Shown: piece after piece, positions 27,110 through 36,789 of the stretch
How the letters are laid out: each line of letters begins with the position of its first letter
How positions within the stretch are numbered: position 1 is the stretch's first letter
Made by a program: the position numbers and the translations under genes
NCBI GenBank assembly: GCA_041661265.1
Contig: JBAZUT010000001.1
Location: 65,854 to 129,853, forward strand
Length of the DNA stretch: 64,000 nt
Direction: 5' to 3'
Origin: Minisyncoccota bacterium
Lineage (GTDB): Bacteria; Patescibacteriota; Minisyncoccia; JAHIHE01; JAGLIN01
The notes under the pieces: model-generated
The model's database searches: none
What the model was told of the DNA's origin: nothing
Seen by the model: only the letters and a program-made list of their open reading frames with translations

Positions 27110-27676
27110 TTACCCGCGGCTAGGGATTTCTTCTGATGTCTCTCGCCAGACTTCAAACTCCTCAGTTGGCATCGTTTTGTAGCCATCCCAAGAAAAAATC
27201 TCGACAAGACCGGTTCCGCATCGCCGACCCGTTTCTGCAAACACATATCCTTTCGGATCTGTGAGCCGAACAACCAAATGTCCTGTGGGACAACAATGTA
27301 TATTGCCGTCCTTCTTAGACAAAATTTCGGCACCGATGGCTTCAACCCTGCTATAATTTCCACGGAATCCGCCACGCAGAGTTATGAGCATTAGCTTCTC
27401 GTCCTGTTTTTCCGAGCACGGAACAATAAGTAGTGTTCCTTTTTGTGTTTCGATCAACTTTGACGGCTGATCATCAACACTCACATTCGGACAGGAATAT
27501 CCGTCTGCCGATGGCTCTTTCCCCTTAAACTTTGGAACATAGCCGCTTGCGACTGGCTGAAATGCACTATAACGTGCTCCAGCTCCACGAAACGCCGGAA
27601 AAGGTTCAACTGACCAATTCCATGGCATAGGACGGAATGAGTTCGTCTTTTCTGAAGAATACAATATTTTTATCAT
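27110..27676 (-). CDS. Hypothetical protein (accessory segment)
   Basis: GGAGG RBS before MIKILYSS. Confidence 0.75.
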   Translation of the reverse strand: MIKILYSSEKTNSFRPMPWNWSVEPFPAFRGAGARYSAFQPVASGYVPKFKGKEPSADGYSCPNVSVDDQPSKLIETQKGTLLIVPCSEKQDEKLMLITLRGGFRGNYSRVEAIGAEILSKKDGNIHCCPTGHLVVRLTDPKGYVFAETGRRCGTGLVEIFSWDGYKTMPTEEFEVWRETSEEIPSRG

Positions 27677-27896
27677 TACTTTCTGCCTCCTAAATTTCAA
27701 TGTTCATCCTGAAACATTCTCAGGAACCCTTTTTAAAATTTTCATTTTAACAAAGAGTAACCTGTTTACCCGCCCCCAGCGGGATTGCAACCGTTTGTTT
27801 CAGGATAAACAAATTACTCTGTACTAAATAATTTTCTAAATTTACCTTTTTATGAAAGATAAGCTTGGAAAAAAATTGAAAAGGGGAAAAAGTTAC

Positions 27897-28412
27897 TTAT
27901 TCATCAATTGACTTAACTATTAATACAAAGCCAACGATAAATAATGCCAGTGTGAACCAGAATGCAAGCGCCCAGGCAAAGTTGTTTGGGAATCTGGAGA
28001 TTCCCGGAGGCACTGTCACAGCAGAACCCTGTTCGCCCTTGTTCGTTAAGGTTTCCCTTAACTTCATGAGCACGTTGCTCTTGTCGAGCTGTGAAGCATT
28101 TTCAGGAACTTTTTTGAGTTCCCAAAGAGATGCGTTCATGTTCTCATACCAGAACCCTACATCTTCATCCGGGGTTCTCAAAAAACTTATTATCGTGGTA
28201 TACCCATGCGTATACCCATTCACCCTCATGTTCTCAATCACGGTTTCCATTTCCTTCGTTGCGAGGTCAATGGTATTCGAATCAGCGGCTCTCTGCATAT
28301 GGCCGCCTATCTCCTGCTCAAACGTGATCTCGGCCTTATACAATAAAGTTCCAGCACATATTACAAACGTTAGGCATAATAATATGCCAAAAACAAATTT
28401 TAGTCCATTCAT
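27897..28412 (-). CDS. Hypothetical two-TM membrane protein
   Basis: N- and C-terminal TM segments; GAGGTGAGG RBS. Confidence 0.75.
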   Translation of the reverse strand: MNGLKFVFGILLCLTFVICAGTLLYKAEITFEQEIGGHMQRAADSNTIDLATKEMETVIENMRVNGYTHGYTTIISFLRTPDEDVGFWYENMNASLWELKKVPENASQLDKSNVLMKLRETLTNKGEQGSAVTVPPGISRFPNNFAWALAFWFTLALFIVGFVLIVKSIDE

Positions 28413-28834
28413 ATCCTCACCTCTCCCTGTCTTGTTTTATTTTGCCTTACCGCGTATAGTCAAAAGACAAAAAACAGAGAATTTTATTTATGCGGTTAAA
28501 GCGTTTGCTGGATTGCTGGTCAACAAACACTTTGCCCGCATAAATATTATCGAGAACGTGAAGATTACCGATGAATCAGGAACATGATTTGATATTATTT
28601 TTCCCCTTTTTCAATGTGCATCGCCGCGACATAGCTTTACGCGACATCGGGCATGCTTCTCTTCGTATTTCTACGATTTGAAGACTTCTTGACCCGTGAA
28701 ACCTTTATCTCACCGGGTTAGGCCTCGAAATTTTTTCGAAGCTTTTCTAAGTTTACCTTAGCAAAAGATAAACTTGGAAAATCGGGGAACGGATCGCTTC
28801 GTCATTCTTTCTCAGGGCAATGCCCTTCTTAATC

Positions 28835-28875
28835 AAAAAAGCGATCGAAAGAGAGATCCTTCCAATCGCTTTTTT
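28835..28875 (-). terminator. Intrinsic terminator within a long 5' leader
   Basis: AAAAAAGCGATTGGAAGG..CTTTCGATCGCTTTTTT on the minus strand. Confidence 0.7.
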
Positions 28876-29067
28876 AATCCATGCGATTAGTATGACATTA
28901 TTAAGTATATAGAAATATGTTAATGTTTGCTTTATTGATTATTAATCTATTACTAAGCAAGCATTCGGTTATATTCCTTTATACAACTCATTAATGACTC
29001 TCTCCTTTCATTAATCTGTATATTTAATGTTCATTTACTGTTATCTATTTTCTTATCTTGAAATTAA

Positions 29068-29096
29068 AGTATATCACATTTTTTGATATTTGTCAA
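29068..29096 (-). promoter_or_regulatory. Near-consensus sigma70 promoter for the accessory operon
   Basis: TTGACA-17 nt-TATACT with extended TG. Confidence 0.8.
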
Positions 29097-29257
29097 GAGA
29101 AAGCTTAACAACAAATTAGGAAAATAGTCCTATCTCAATATACCCAAATCCACTGCCAATAAACGAGTTCCGGAACAATAAAAAAGGCTTTTAAAAAGTC
29201 TAAGGCAAACATTGACATCGGTTGTCCTAAAAAGCCAATAAGCTACAAACTGAAAAG

Positions 29258-30265
29258 CTATTTATTCAGTCCCGAATCTTTCTGCCCTGCAAATTCAGCA
29301 AGCCCCATCTTTTCCATGCGGGAGTTGAATTCCGGGATCACGAATCTTTCATGAGAATCCGGATGAAATTCGAGCTGATCATCGCCTATCGTTATCCGGC
29401 CTCCGGATTTTTTATACAACGGATCGCTCTTTATTCTTCTGCTTTGAAATTCGGAGAGTTTTTTCTCCAGCACATCCCCGATCACGTTCGACAGCATAAA
29501 ACCGGATACTGAAGAAATAAAAGAAAGCACAGCGCTTCTTTTTATGCTCCTCGAGCTCCCAAGCTCTGAACCCCTGCAATTTTCGACATAATTTCCCATC
29601 CATTCGTTTTCTATCTGAAACTCTTGAAAAAGCCTGAGGTCTTTCGGATGTTTGTATAAATTGACCAGATGTATATAGCTCTCGGCGTTATACAAGCTTT
29701 CAAAAGGTATCTTGAGAGATCTGTCGGTAATATAATGGTTAAGACAGATCATATCTTTCGTCACCTTGCCATGCCTTTTTGCAAAAAGAAGCGAAGTCAG
29801 AATGGTTATGAACGTCCTCACCGTCCATATCCTTCCGGACTTTGCCACAACGATAAGGTCTATGTCCGAGTCCCGCCTGCTGTTCCCGAGCGCAAGAGAC
29901 CCGCTTATGAAGATGCCTTTCAAAAATGGCGTGACTTGCATCAGCCAAAAGATCTTTCTGGCCTTCTTCCATTTTTGGTCCGCTATTTTTTTCCGCTCCA
30001 GCCTCCTGGCGACCATCTCATCCCGGCCTCTCTGGAAATAAAAACCGTATTTCACACCGATCCTGCTTCTCAACATCTCGCCCTCTTCCAGACACTCCAA
30101 AACATCCCCTGACGCTCCTTCGCTCTTGCTGTTTTCGTTCCCGCCTCTTCTAATCAGATATGAAAAAATCTCATTCGAAGTCAGAGGATAATCAAATATG
30201 TCATAGTATGCGATCGTGGCAAGGATCTGCCTTTGAAGCTCTTGACTTTTTTTTGATTCTAGCAT
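29258..30265 (-). CDS. Pol-beta-superfamily nucleotidyltransferase domain protein
   Basis: ISGSLALGNSRRDSDIDLIVV; likely start MLESKKSQ. Confidence 0.8.
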   Translation of the reverse strand: MLESKKSQELQRQILATIAYYDIFDYPLTSNEIFSYLIRRGGNENSKSEGASGDVLECLEEGEMLRSRIGVKYGFYFQRGRDEMVARRLERKKIADQKWKKARKIFWLMQVTPFLKGIFISGSLALGNSRRDSDIDLIVVAKSGRIWTVRTFITILTSLLFAKRHGKVTKDMICLNHYITDRSLKIPFESLYNAESYIHLVNLYKHPKDLRLFQEFQIENEWMGNYVENCRGSELGSSRSIKRSAVLSFISSVSGFMLSNVIGDVLEKKLSEFQSRRIKSDPLYKKSGGRITIGDDQLEFHPDSHERFVIPEFNSRMEKMGLAEFAGQKDSGLNK

Positions 30266-30275
30266 ATAATATTTT

Positions 30276-30312
30276 GTTAGCTTTCTTAATATAATAATAC
30301 CACAAGAAAGCT
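30276..30312. promoter_or_regulatory. Palindromic divergent promoter/operator element, copy 1
   Basis: AGCTTTCTT-N16-AAGAAAGCT enclosing -10-like hexamers; 34/37 identical to 31662-31698. Confidence 0.6.
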
Positions 30313-30434
30313 GCAGAAACAGCCCTTTAATAACAAATTTCGAAGCAGATAGTTTGATTGTCAATTTTTGGCAATCATTTTACCCTGTTTCTAAAGGCAA
30401 ATGGACAAAGGAACCGTTCCAATGGAGGAATATT

Positions 30435-30845
30435 ATGGATGATATGGATGATGTAGGTGAATCAATAATTTTTACTGCATGTGTAGGGATATTAAGCTTT
30501 ATCGTAAGCCTAAGAATCTTTCACAAGGAAGGAGTACTTTCTTATGGAGCTATTGACGGTGCTTTAATTGTAGCGCTTCTAATAGGAATTTTCGTGGCCC
30601 TTTTTAAAAATTACGCGGTCTTCATAGGAATTAAGGAATTGAAAATAAATCCAAAGAAAAAAGTATTTACTATTGGAACGCTAGTAATCACGATGATTGC
30701 AGCGACTGCCGCTGTGTTCATTGCCCCGAAAGGCTGGTGGCCAATCTATATAGCGTACTTCTTCTTGTTAGCTATTGTTTTTTGCCTAATAAGAGGAGCA
30801 TGCCTTATGAAAGAAGAGAGATCCAATTCCCTCCCCGAAACTTAA
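30435..30845 (+). CDS. Hypothetical 4-TM membrane protein
   Basis: GGAGG RBS before ATG at 30435; four hydrophobic segments. Confidence 0.7.
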   Translation: MDDMDDVGESIIFTACVGILSFIVSLRIFHKEGVLSYGAIDGALIVALLIGIFVALFKNYAVFIGIKELKINPKKKVFTIGTLVITMIAATAAVFIAPKGWWPIYIAYFFLLAIVFCLIRGACLMKEERSNSLPET

Positions 30846-31008
30846 GAAATCTTAACTTTTCTTATTTTCTGGAGAGGATTTTTTTATTGCCCGAAAATAG
30901 AGATTTTTTCGCAGCTTCATACCTTTTCAATGACAAAATTAGCATCTAATCGCCAAGCTCTCGGGAAATTAACCCACAAAAACAATACTTCATCACTTCT
31001 TCCGGATA

Positions 31009-31551
31009 TTATCCTGCATAGTCTTTTATTGCTTTCGGCGACTTATCTATTTTTTCCTTCTCCAGGTTCAAACCTTCGACCTCTATGATATTTTCACTAT
31101 CGGCTCCTTTTATTTTTACATATATTTTATTTTCACCGGGCCTATAAAGAACGTCATACCGGCCACCGCCGGTTTCAACTTTTACATCTTCCGCATCAAC
31201 AATGATGTCTCCTTCATTTTTCAGCATTTCTATTATATCCTGCACCATATTGCTTACTTCATTTCCTATCTTTTTCCCCACATAGCTTCCTTTTGGCAGA
31301 TCTTTCAAGCTTTCCCTCTGCCGCACTGTCAGCCCGGAATTTTCAACATGAAACAGAACGGAAACATCGCCTTGCCGCATTAAAAGCGCAGAGCACAAAG
31401 CGCATCCTGTTGTCGCGATGGGAGTTTCATCCCTGGATACAGCCGGTCTATTTCCCTGAAACGTTGTAATACATAATTCCTCCGGATCTTCAAACTCAGG
31501 AATTATCAATTCTTTTTTCTCTATTCCAAAATTTTGATTCTCTTTAAACAT
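31009..31551 (-). CDS. Hypothetical protein with a CheD/CNF1/YfiH-like Cys-His motif
   Basis: IATTGCALCSALLM..SVLFH. Confidence 0.5.
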   Translation of the reverse strand: MFKENQNFGIEKKELIIPEFEDPEELCITTFQGNRPAVSRDETPIATTGCALCSALLMRQGDVSVLFHVENSGLTVRQRESLKDLPKGSYVGKKIGNEVSNMVQDIIEMLKNEGDIIVDAEDVKVETGGGRYDVLYRPGENKIYVKIKGADSENIIEVEGLNLEKEKIDKSPKAIKDYAG

Positions 31552-31600
31552 ATTTTTATTGAATTACCTATCACCCCAACTCGCATGCAGACAATGTCCA

Positions 31601-31698
31601 GTAGCAAGGAATCTGCACTTCAGGCTCTTAACTTTTTCGTAAATTTGGCATACAGTCTTTGGTTAGCTTTCTTAATGTAATAATACCATAAGATAGCT
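31601..31698 (-). pseudogene. Remnant promoter and decayed 5' end of the nucleotidyltransferase gene
   Basis: ATGCCAAATTTACGAAAAAGTTAAGAGCCTGAAGTGCAGATTCCTTGC aligns to ATGCTAGAATCAAAAAAAAGTCAAGAGCTTCAAAGGCAGATCCTTGC, with an in-frame stop and an indel. Confidence 0.75.
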
Positions 31699-31830
31699 AA
31701 TAATAAAGTTCTTTTTAAATAAAATAGGAAGAGATCCCCGGAGATGGATAAATTGGGCGATAGCTTTTAGCGTCCAGTTTATCCATCTCCAGAATGATGG
31801 TGAGTATATAAAAAAACCAGAGGTATATAT

Positions 31831-32226
31831 ATGACTAAGGATATAATAGAGAGAGTAGAAGAATTGATTGAAAAAGAAATGAAAAAAAGAAAAACTATGG
31901 AAGAATCCAGATCAAAGATCCGCATCCTCTTTGAAAAACTGCCCGACAACGAAAACATAGTCCTGAAGGCCAAATCCGCAAAAAGAGTGATCTTGCTGAT
32001 AAAAAGGGCTGATGGGAAGCTTGAATTGATCGACACTACCATGTGGCTGGACCAAGACATTCCCGCACCGACATTCCAAAGGGACATCGAAGAAATCATG
32101 AAACATCTTGGAGAGAACATTGTCAGCATCAATGAATTTATGAGCCAGGATTCAGGTACGCTCGGCCTAAGCCTTCATTGGCCTGTTTTCGGTTCTGTGG
32201 ATAATTTCACAGAACTTCTGAAATGA
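31831..32226 (+). CDS. Hypothetical protein
   Basis: GAGGT RBS; 131 aa. Confidence 0.65.
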   Translation: MTKDIIERVEELIEKEMKKRKTMEESRSKIRILFEKLPDNENIVLKAKSAKRVILLIKRADGKLELIDTTMWLDQDIPAPTFQRDIEEIMKHLGENIVSINEFMSQDSGTLGLSLHWPVFGSVDNFTELLK

Positions 32227-32304
32227 TCGCTATTGTTTTTTTATTCCTATTTTTCCTTTTTTCAAACTTACCGATACCGGCAGGCTTGAAAAAGGAAGCA
32301 TACA

Positions 32305-32333
32305 AAAAAGTTCCATGGTCATGGAACTTTTTT
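32305..32333. terminator. Bidirectional terminator between convergent genes
   Basis: AAAAAAGTTCCATG-GT-CATGGAACTTTTTT. Confidence 0.8.
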
Positions 32334-32341
32334 AATTTGAC

Positions 32342-35176
32342 CTACATCACTTCGTGCAAATATTTTCCGGTGTAACTGTTCTTTGCTTTCAGTATCTGTT
32401 TCGGAGTCCCCTGGGCAACTATGTATCCACCCTTGTCTCCGCCCTCGGGACCAAGGTCAATGACCCAGTCGGCGCACTTTATGACTTCCATATTATGTTC
32501 GATCACCAGAACTGTGTTTCCCCTGTCTACAAGCCTGTTCAGAACTCCAAGCAACTTTCTTGTATCTTCGAAGTGCAATCCCACGGTCGGCTCATCGAGA
32601 ATATAAAGAGTCTTCCCCTCTTTTGCGGGACGGGAAAGCTCGGTTGCCAGCTTTATCCTCTGCGCCTCGCCTCCGGAAAGGGTAGTCGCGCTCTGACCCA
32701 GTCTCATATATCCCAAACCGACGCTATCGAGAATCGACAGCTTTGTGAAAAGTGCCGGCGTATCCTTGAAGAATTTCAGGGCATGGCTTACGGTCATGTC
32801 GAGAACATCGGCGATGTTCACGCCTTTATATTCTATTTCCAAAGTTTCGCTATTATATCTTTTTCCGTTGCATTGTTCGCACTTGGTATAAACATCCGGC
32901 AGGAAATACATCTCGATCTTTGTGGCTCCGTCTCCCTTGCAGTTCTCGCACCTCCCGCCCTTCACATTGAAACTGAAATGCCCTGCCTTATAGTTCCTGG
33001 ATTTCCCCTCGCCGGTGGATGCGAAAAGATCCCTCACATGCGTGAATATCCCGGTATATGTCGCCGGATTGCTCCTCGGAGTGCGCCCGATCGGAGACTG
33101 GTCGATGTTTATCACCTTTGAAAGCTTTTCATATCCCAATATCTCTTTGTGTATTCCAGGCTCAGCCTGAGCTCTGTGGAATTTTTTCGAAAGCGCCTTG
33201 GAAAGGATCCCGATGATGAGGCTTGATTTTCCGGAACCGGAAACCCCCGTCACGCATACGAATTTTCCAAGAGGGATCTTTGCATCGACATTTTTCAAGT
33301 TGTGATCCGTCGCGCCTTTTATGGTGATGAAATGTCCGCTTCCGTTCCTGTATTTTTTCGGCGCTTCGATCTTCCTCCGCCCCGAAAGATAACAGCCCGT
33401 GATGCATTGTTCGCCCATTATATGCTTCAGCGAACCTTCTGCGATTATCCTTCCGCCCGCTTCGCCCGACTTGGGCCCCATGTCTATTATATGATCTGCA
33501 TTTCTTATGAAAAATTCATCGTGTTCGACGACCAGCACCGAATTCCCGAGGTCCCGGAGGTTCTTCATAGCGTCAAGAAGTTTCCCGTTGTCCCTCCTGT
33601 GAAGTCCGATCGACGGCTCATCCAGGACATATAGGATCCCCTGCAGTCTTGCGCTGAGCTGGGTGGACAGCTTGATCCTTCTTGCCTCTCCGGACGAAAT
33701 GGTCTCGGAAGATCTCATGAGCGAAAGATAATTCAGTCCGATATCGTCCAAAAAATATAATCGCTTGAGGATCTCCTCGATCAGCGGTTTTGATCCTGAA
33801 AATTTCCTGTCATGCGCCAGCGCTTTGAAAAATCCGATCTCTTCAAGCACGGTCAGCTTGGTTATTTCGCTTATGGATTTGCCGCAGATCCTGACAGCAA
33901 GCGCATTCCTGTTGAGCCTGTCTCCGAGACATTCCGGGCAGATCTTCTTTGTCATATATTTTTCAAGCTCGCTTCTGACATAGTCCGAGTTCGTTTCATA
34001 ATATTTTCCTTCAAGTATCTTCACTGCGCCCCGGAAGCTTTCATGGCCCGCGGAAACTTCCGCCCCCCTCTTCCCTTCTTCCGCTTCTTTGTCTCCGTAT
34101 AAAACGAAATCAAGGTCTTTTTTGGACATTCTGCTCACCGGTATATCGATGGGTATCTTATGCTTTTTTGAAATGTGATCCAGGGTATTGATATATTCTT
34201 CCCACTTATTGAGAAGATTCGCCCAGGGCCTGATCGCGCCCTCAGCCAGGGTCAGGGATTTGTTCGGAATTATCATTTTTGCGTCTATTTCCAGTTTGAC
34301 ACCCAGTCCCGTGCAAGACGGACATGCGCCATAGGGGTTATTGAAAGAGAACAGCCTGGGCTCAATATCCGGAAATGTCGTCCTGCAGTTCGAACAATAC
34401 AGATGGTCTGAAAAGAACAATTCCCTGCTCTCTTCTTTTTTCAAAGAGAAATAATTCACGATCACAAATCCTCCCGACATCGAAAAAGCCGTCTCAACCG
34501 AATCCAGGATGCTTTCATATGCAACTTTCTTTTCCTGCTTGTTGAATCTGTCGATGACCATATCAACCCCATGCTTGTCTTTTTCGCCCAATCCGGCCTT
34601 GTCGATCTCCGACATCTGCTTTATCTCTCCGTCAAATCTGACCCTCTGATAACCTGTTTTGGAATATTTATTGATCGCCCTTATGCAGCCGTCCTTATCC
34701 AGGTTTCCAAGCGGCGCCATAATTATGACCCGCGCATCGTCCGCAAGACCCACGATTTCGTTCACGATCTGGCCGGAGGTCTGTTTTTTCAGCTCGCCTT
34801 TGCAGCTCGAACAATGGACCTCGCCCACCGTCGAGAACATTATCCTCATGTAGTCATAGATCTCCGTCATGGTTCCAACTGTCGAACGGGGATTTCTGCT
34901 CGCGCTTCTTTCATCGATCGAGATCGAAGGAGAAAGACCCTCGATCTGATCCACATCGGGCTTATTCAGAAGATTTACGAACTGCTTCGGATAGTCCGAA
35001 ATATTTTCAAGATATCTTCTCTGGCCTTCGGCATAGATCGTATCGAATACCAATGACGACTTTCCGGAACCGGACGGACCGGTCACCACCACCAGCTTTC
35101 CTCTCGGAATATCCACGCTGATGTTTTTCAGATTGTGCACCCTCGCTCCCTTGATCGATATTTTTGCTTTGTTCAT
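32342..35176 (-). CDS. uvrA: Excinuclease ABC subunit A
   Basis: GARVHNLKN, two Walker A motifs (GSGKSS), zinc fingers, [16 protein letters not shown]. Confidence 0.97.
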   Translation of the reverse strand: MNKAKISIKGARVHNLKNISVDIPRGKLVVVTGPSGSGKSSLVFDTIYAEGQRRYLENISDYPKQFVNLLNKPDVDQIEGLSPSISIDERSASRNPRSTVGTMTEIYDYMRIMFSTVGEVHCSSCKGELKKQTSGQIVNEIVGLADDARVIIMAPLGNLDKDGCIRAINKYSKTGYQRVRFDGEIKQMSEIDKAGLGEKDKHGVDMVIDRFNKQEKKVAYESILDSVETAFSMSGGFVIVNYFSLKKEESRELFFSDHLYCSNCRTTFPDIEPRLFSFNNPYGACPSCTGLGVKLEIDAKMIIPNKSLTLAEGAIRPWANLLNKWEEYINTLDHISKKHKIPIDIPVSRMSKKDLDFVLYGDKEAEEGKRGAEVSAGHESFRGAVKILEGKYYETNSDYVRSELEKYMTKKICPECLGDRLNRNALAVRICGKSISEITKLTVLEEIGFFKALAHDRKFSGSKPLIEEILKRLYFLDDIGLNYLSLMRSSETISSGEARRIKLSTQLSARLQGILYVLDEPSIGLHRRDNGKLLDAMKNLRDLGNSVLVVEHDEFFIRNADHIIDMGPKSGEAGGRIIAEGSLKHIMGEQCITGCYLSGRRKIEAPKKYRNGSGHFITIKGATDHNLKNVDAKIPLGKFVCVTGVSGSGKSSLIIGILSKALSKKFHRAQAEPGIHKEILGYEKLSKVINIDQSPIGRTPRSNPATYTGIFTHVRDLFASTGEGKSRNYKAGHFSFNVKGGRCENCKGDGATKIEMYFLPDVYTKCEQCNGKRYNSETLEIEYKGVNIADVLDMTVSHALKFFKDTPALFTKLSILDSVGLGYMRLGQSATTLSGGEAQRIKLATELSRPAKEGKTLYILDEPTVGLHFEDTRKLLGVLNRLVDRGNTVLVIEHNMEVIKCADWVIDLGPEGGDKGGYIVAQGTPKQILKAKNSYTGKYLHEVM

Positions 35177-35503
35177 AGATTGGATTTTTAGGATGAATTC
35201 ATAAGGCGCTTTTTTGCCTTAAATAAGCCCTTATTTTTCTTATTAAAATCGAATGAATATAACATCTAGAAGTCTATCACACTTTTGGAAAAAATCAAGG
35301 GTCTTTTGGGGGATGTTGAAAATCAAATGGATGCGATCAAATAAGCCATTCTCAAATAAAAAAAGTCGGCATCACTCAAACCGCTTTTTTCTTTCTATTT
35401 CCCAAGCGCTTCAATGCCCAAAAATATTATGACACTCTATAATAAATAAGTATGCAAATTTAAGCTATTTAACAATATTTACAAAATATACCTAAAATAT
35501 AAA

Positions 35504-35908
35504 TTATCTATTTATAATCCTCCTGTGAGCTTTTTTGGAAGAAAACAACAAAAGTAAATCCTCATATACTCGACTTGCCGAAACTTCATTATTTTTCGAG
35601 TAATTACATACAAATATACCAGCCGAAACATAATGATCTTCGGGCCAAGTATGTACAGCTACGTGAGATTCACTGATTGCAGTAATCATTGTAAAGTTAA
35701 TTTTATCAAAAAAATGATACAGGCTCCCTACTTCTGTCAGTCCACTATCCTTAATCATAGAAGAAAATAATTGTTTTATTTTTTTTGAAAGCCTTGATAT
35801 CTTATCGAAATCGCATTCATAAAAATCAGCTAAAATATGTATTCCTCTATTATTCATAAAATTCAGAAAATATAAATTAACACATAGCAGAGCAAACAAA
35901 ATAATCAA
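35504..35908 (-). CDS. S-adenosylmethionine decarboxylase proenzyme family protein
   Basis: GIHILADFYEC..ISESHVAVHTWPE..FVC. Confidence 0.8.
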   Translation of the reverse strand: MIILFALLCVNLYFLNFMNNRGIHILADFYECDFDKISRLSKKIKQLFSSMIKDSGLTEVGSLYHFFDKINFTMITAISESHVAVHTWPEDHYVSAGIFVCNYSKNNEVSASRVYEDLLLLFSSKKAHRRIINR

Positions 35909-35965
35909 AAATAAATTGGGGCTGATTGTATAATTGTTTGTATACAGATGCAGCCCAACGATCTC

Positions 35966-36487
35966 TCAGAAAACACCGCTTTCTTCTTTTAAATATTTAA
36001 GAAGTTCCTTTTTGTGGTTGAGAAGTATGTACAATTGAGGAGGATAGAAATCCTTGAACTTTTTCCTTATCTCCCAGAGCGACAATGGTTTTTTGAAAAG
36101 GTGCACAACTTCAACAGGATACGCTGAAGCCGTTTTGGAGTTATTCAACCATTCTCTCATCATAGATTCGGAGCCAGGATCTTCACTTTCCTTAATTGCA
36201 ATAACTTCTTCTATGCCTATAATTGGCGAGCCAAGCCTAATAACAGCTCCAATTTCCGCACTCGGAAACCCTATGTTTTCCTTACCCTTTCCAGTTGTTG
36301 CGTAAACAAACGCAGTAGCAGACCCGTTAAAGAACGGGCCTCGCCTGTACTCGTATTTTTTTGTTTTAGCGATGGCAAGGTCATAATAGTATTTAGGGGA
36401 TATACTAACCAAAATATAATCTTCCGGCCACTGGCTGCTTTCATCTGTACTTGCGTCAAATAACGTAGTTTGCCTTATATTTTTCAT
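35966..36487 (-). CDS. ASCH/PUA-like domain protein
   Basis: LVSISPKY..KKYEYRR..FVYAT..PLSLWEI..PPQ. Confidence 0.7.
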   Translation of the reverse strand: MKNIRQTTLFDASTDESSQWPEDYILVSISPKYYYDLAIAKTKKYEYRRGPFFNGSATAFVYATTGKGKENIGFPSAEIGAVIRLGSPIIGIEEVIAIKESEDPGSESMMREWLNNSKTASAYPVEVVHLFKKPLSLWEIRKKFKDFYPPQLYILLNHKKELLKYLKEESGVF

Positions 36488-36509
36488 ATTTCCTCCTGTG
36501 AAATAATAA

Positions 36510-36785
36510 TTACCCCATAATCTTTGCCGCTTTCAACTTATTCTCCAGCAACAAGGAAAAGTAGAGAATTGAGTAAGAATCGCGATCCATATACGCCGGA
36601 TCTTTGGACCATTCGCGTATATGATTCCACAATCTTTCCAATCCTTCTTTTCCATAGACTAACATAAAATCATCAAAATCAGCAAACCCTCGGGGTATAT
36701 GCTTATAAAGATCTCCGACATAAAGCGATTTTGACAATTTTGCTCCAAGCAAATCCGTTACCACGGGAGTATATATTCTCGCCAT
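36510..36785 (-). pseudogene. C-terminal fragment of a class I aminoacyl-tRNA-synthetase-like protein
   Basis: YTPVVTDLLGAKLSKSLYV (KMSKS-like) near the start of a 91-aa ORF; no HIGH half present. Confidence 0.45.
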
Positions 36786-36789
36786 CTGC

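Noticed and set aside
28430-28600. Possible small gene, or TGA recoding (genetic code 25), after the boxA-like motif
   Set aside because: Frames are short or interrupted, and TGA serves as a normal stop elsewhere in the window (for example 32226 and 48657).
35177-35500. SOS/LexA box upstream of uvrA
   Set aside because: No convincing match to GAAC-N4-GTTC or CTGT-N8-ACAG was seen.
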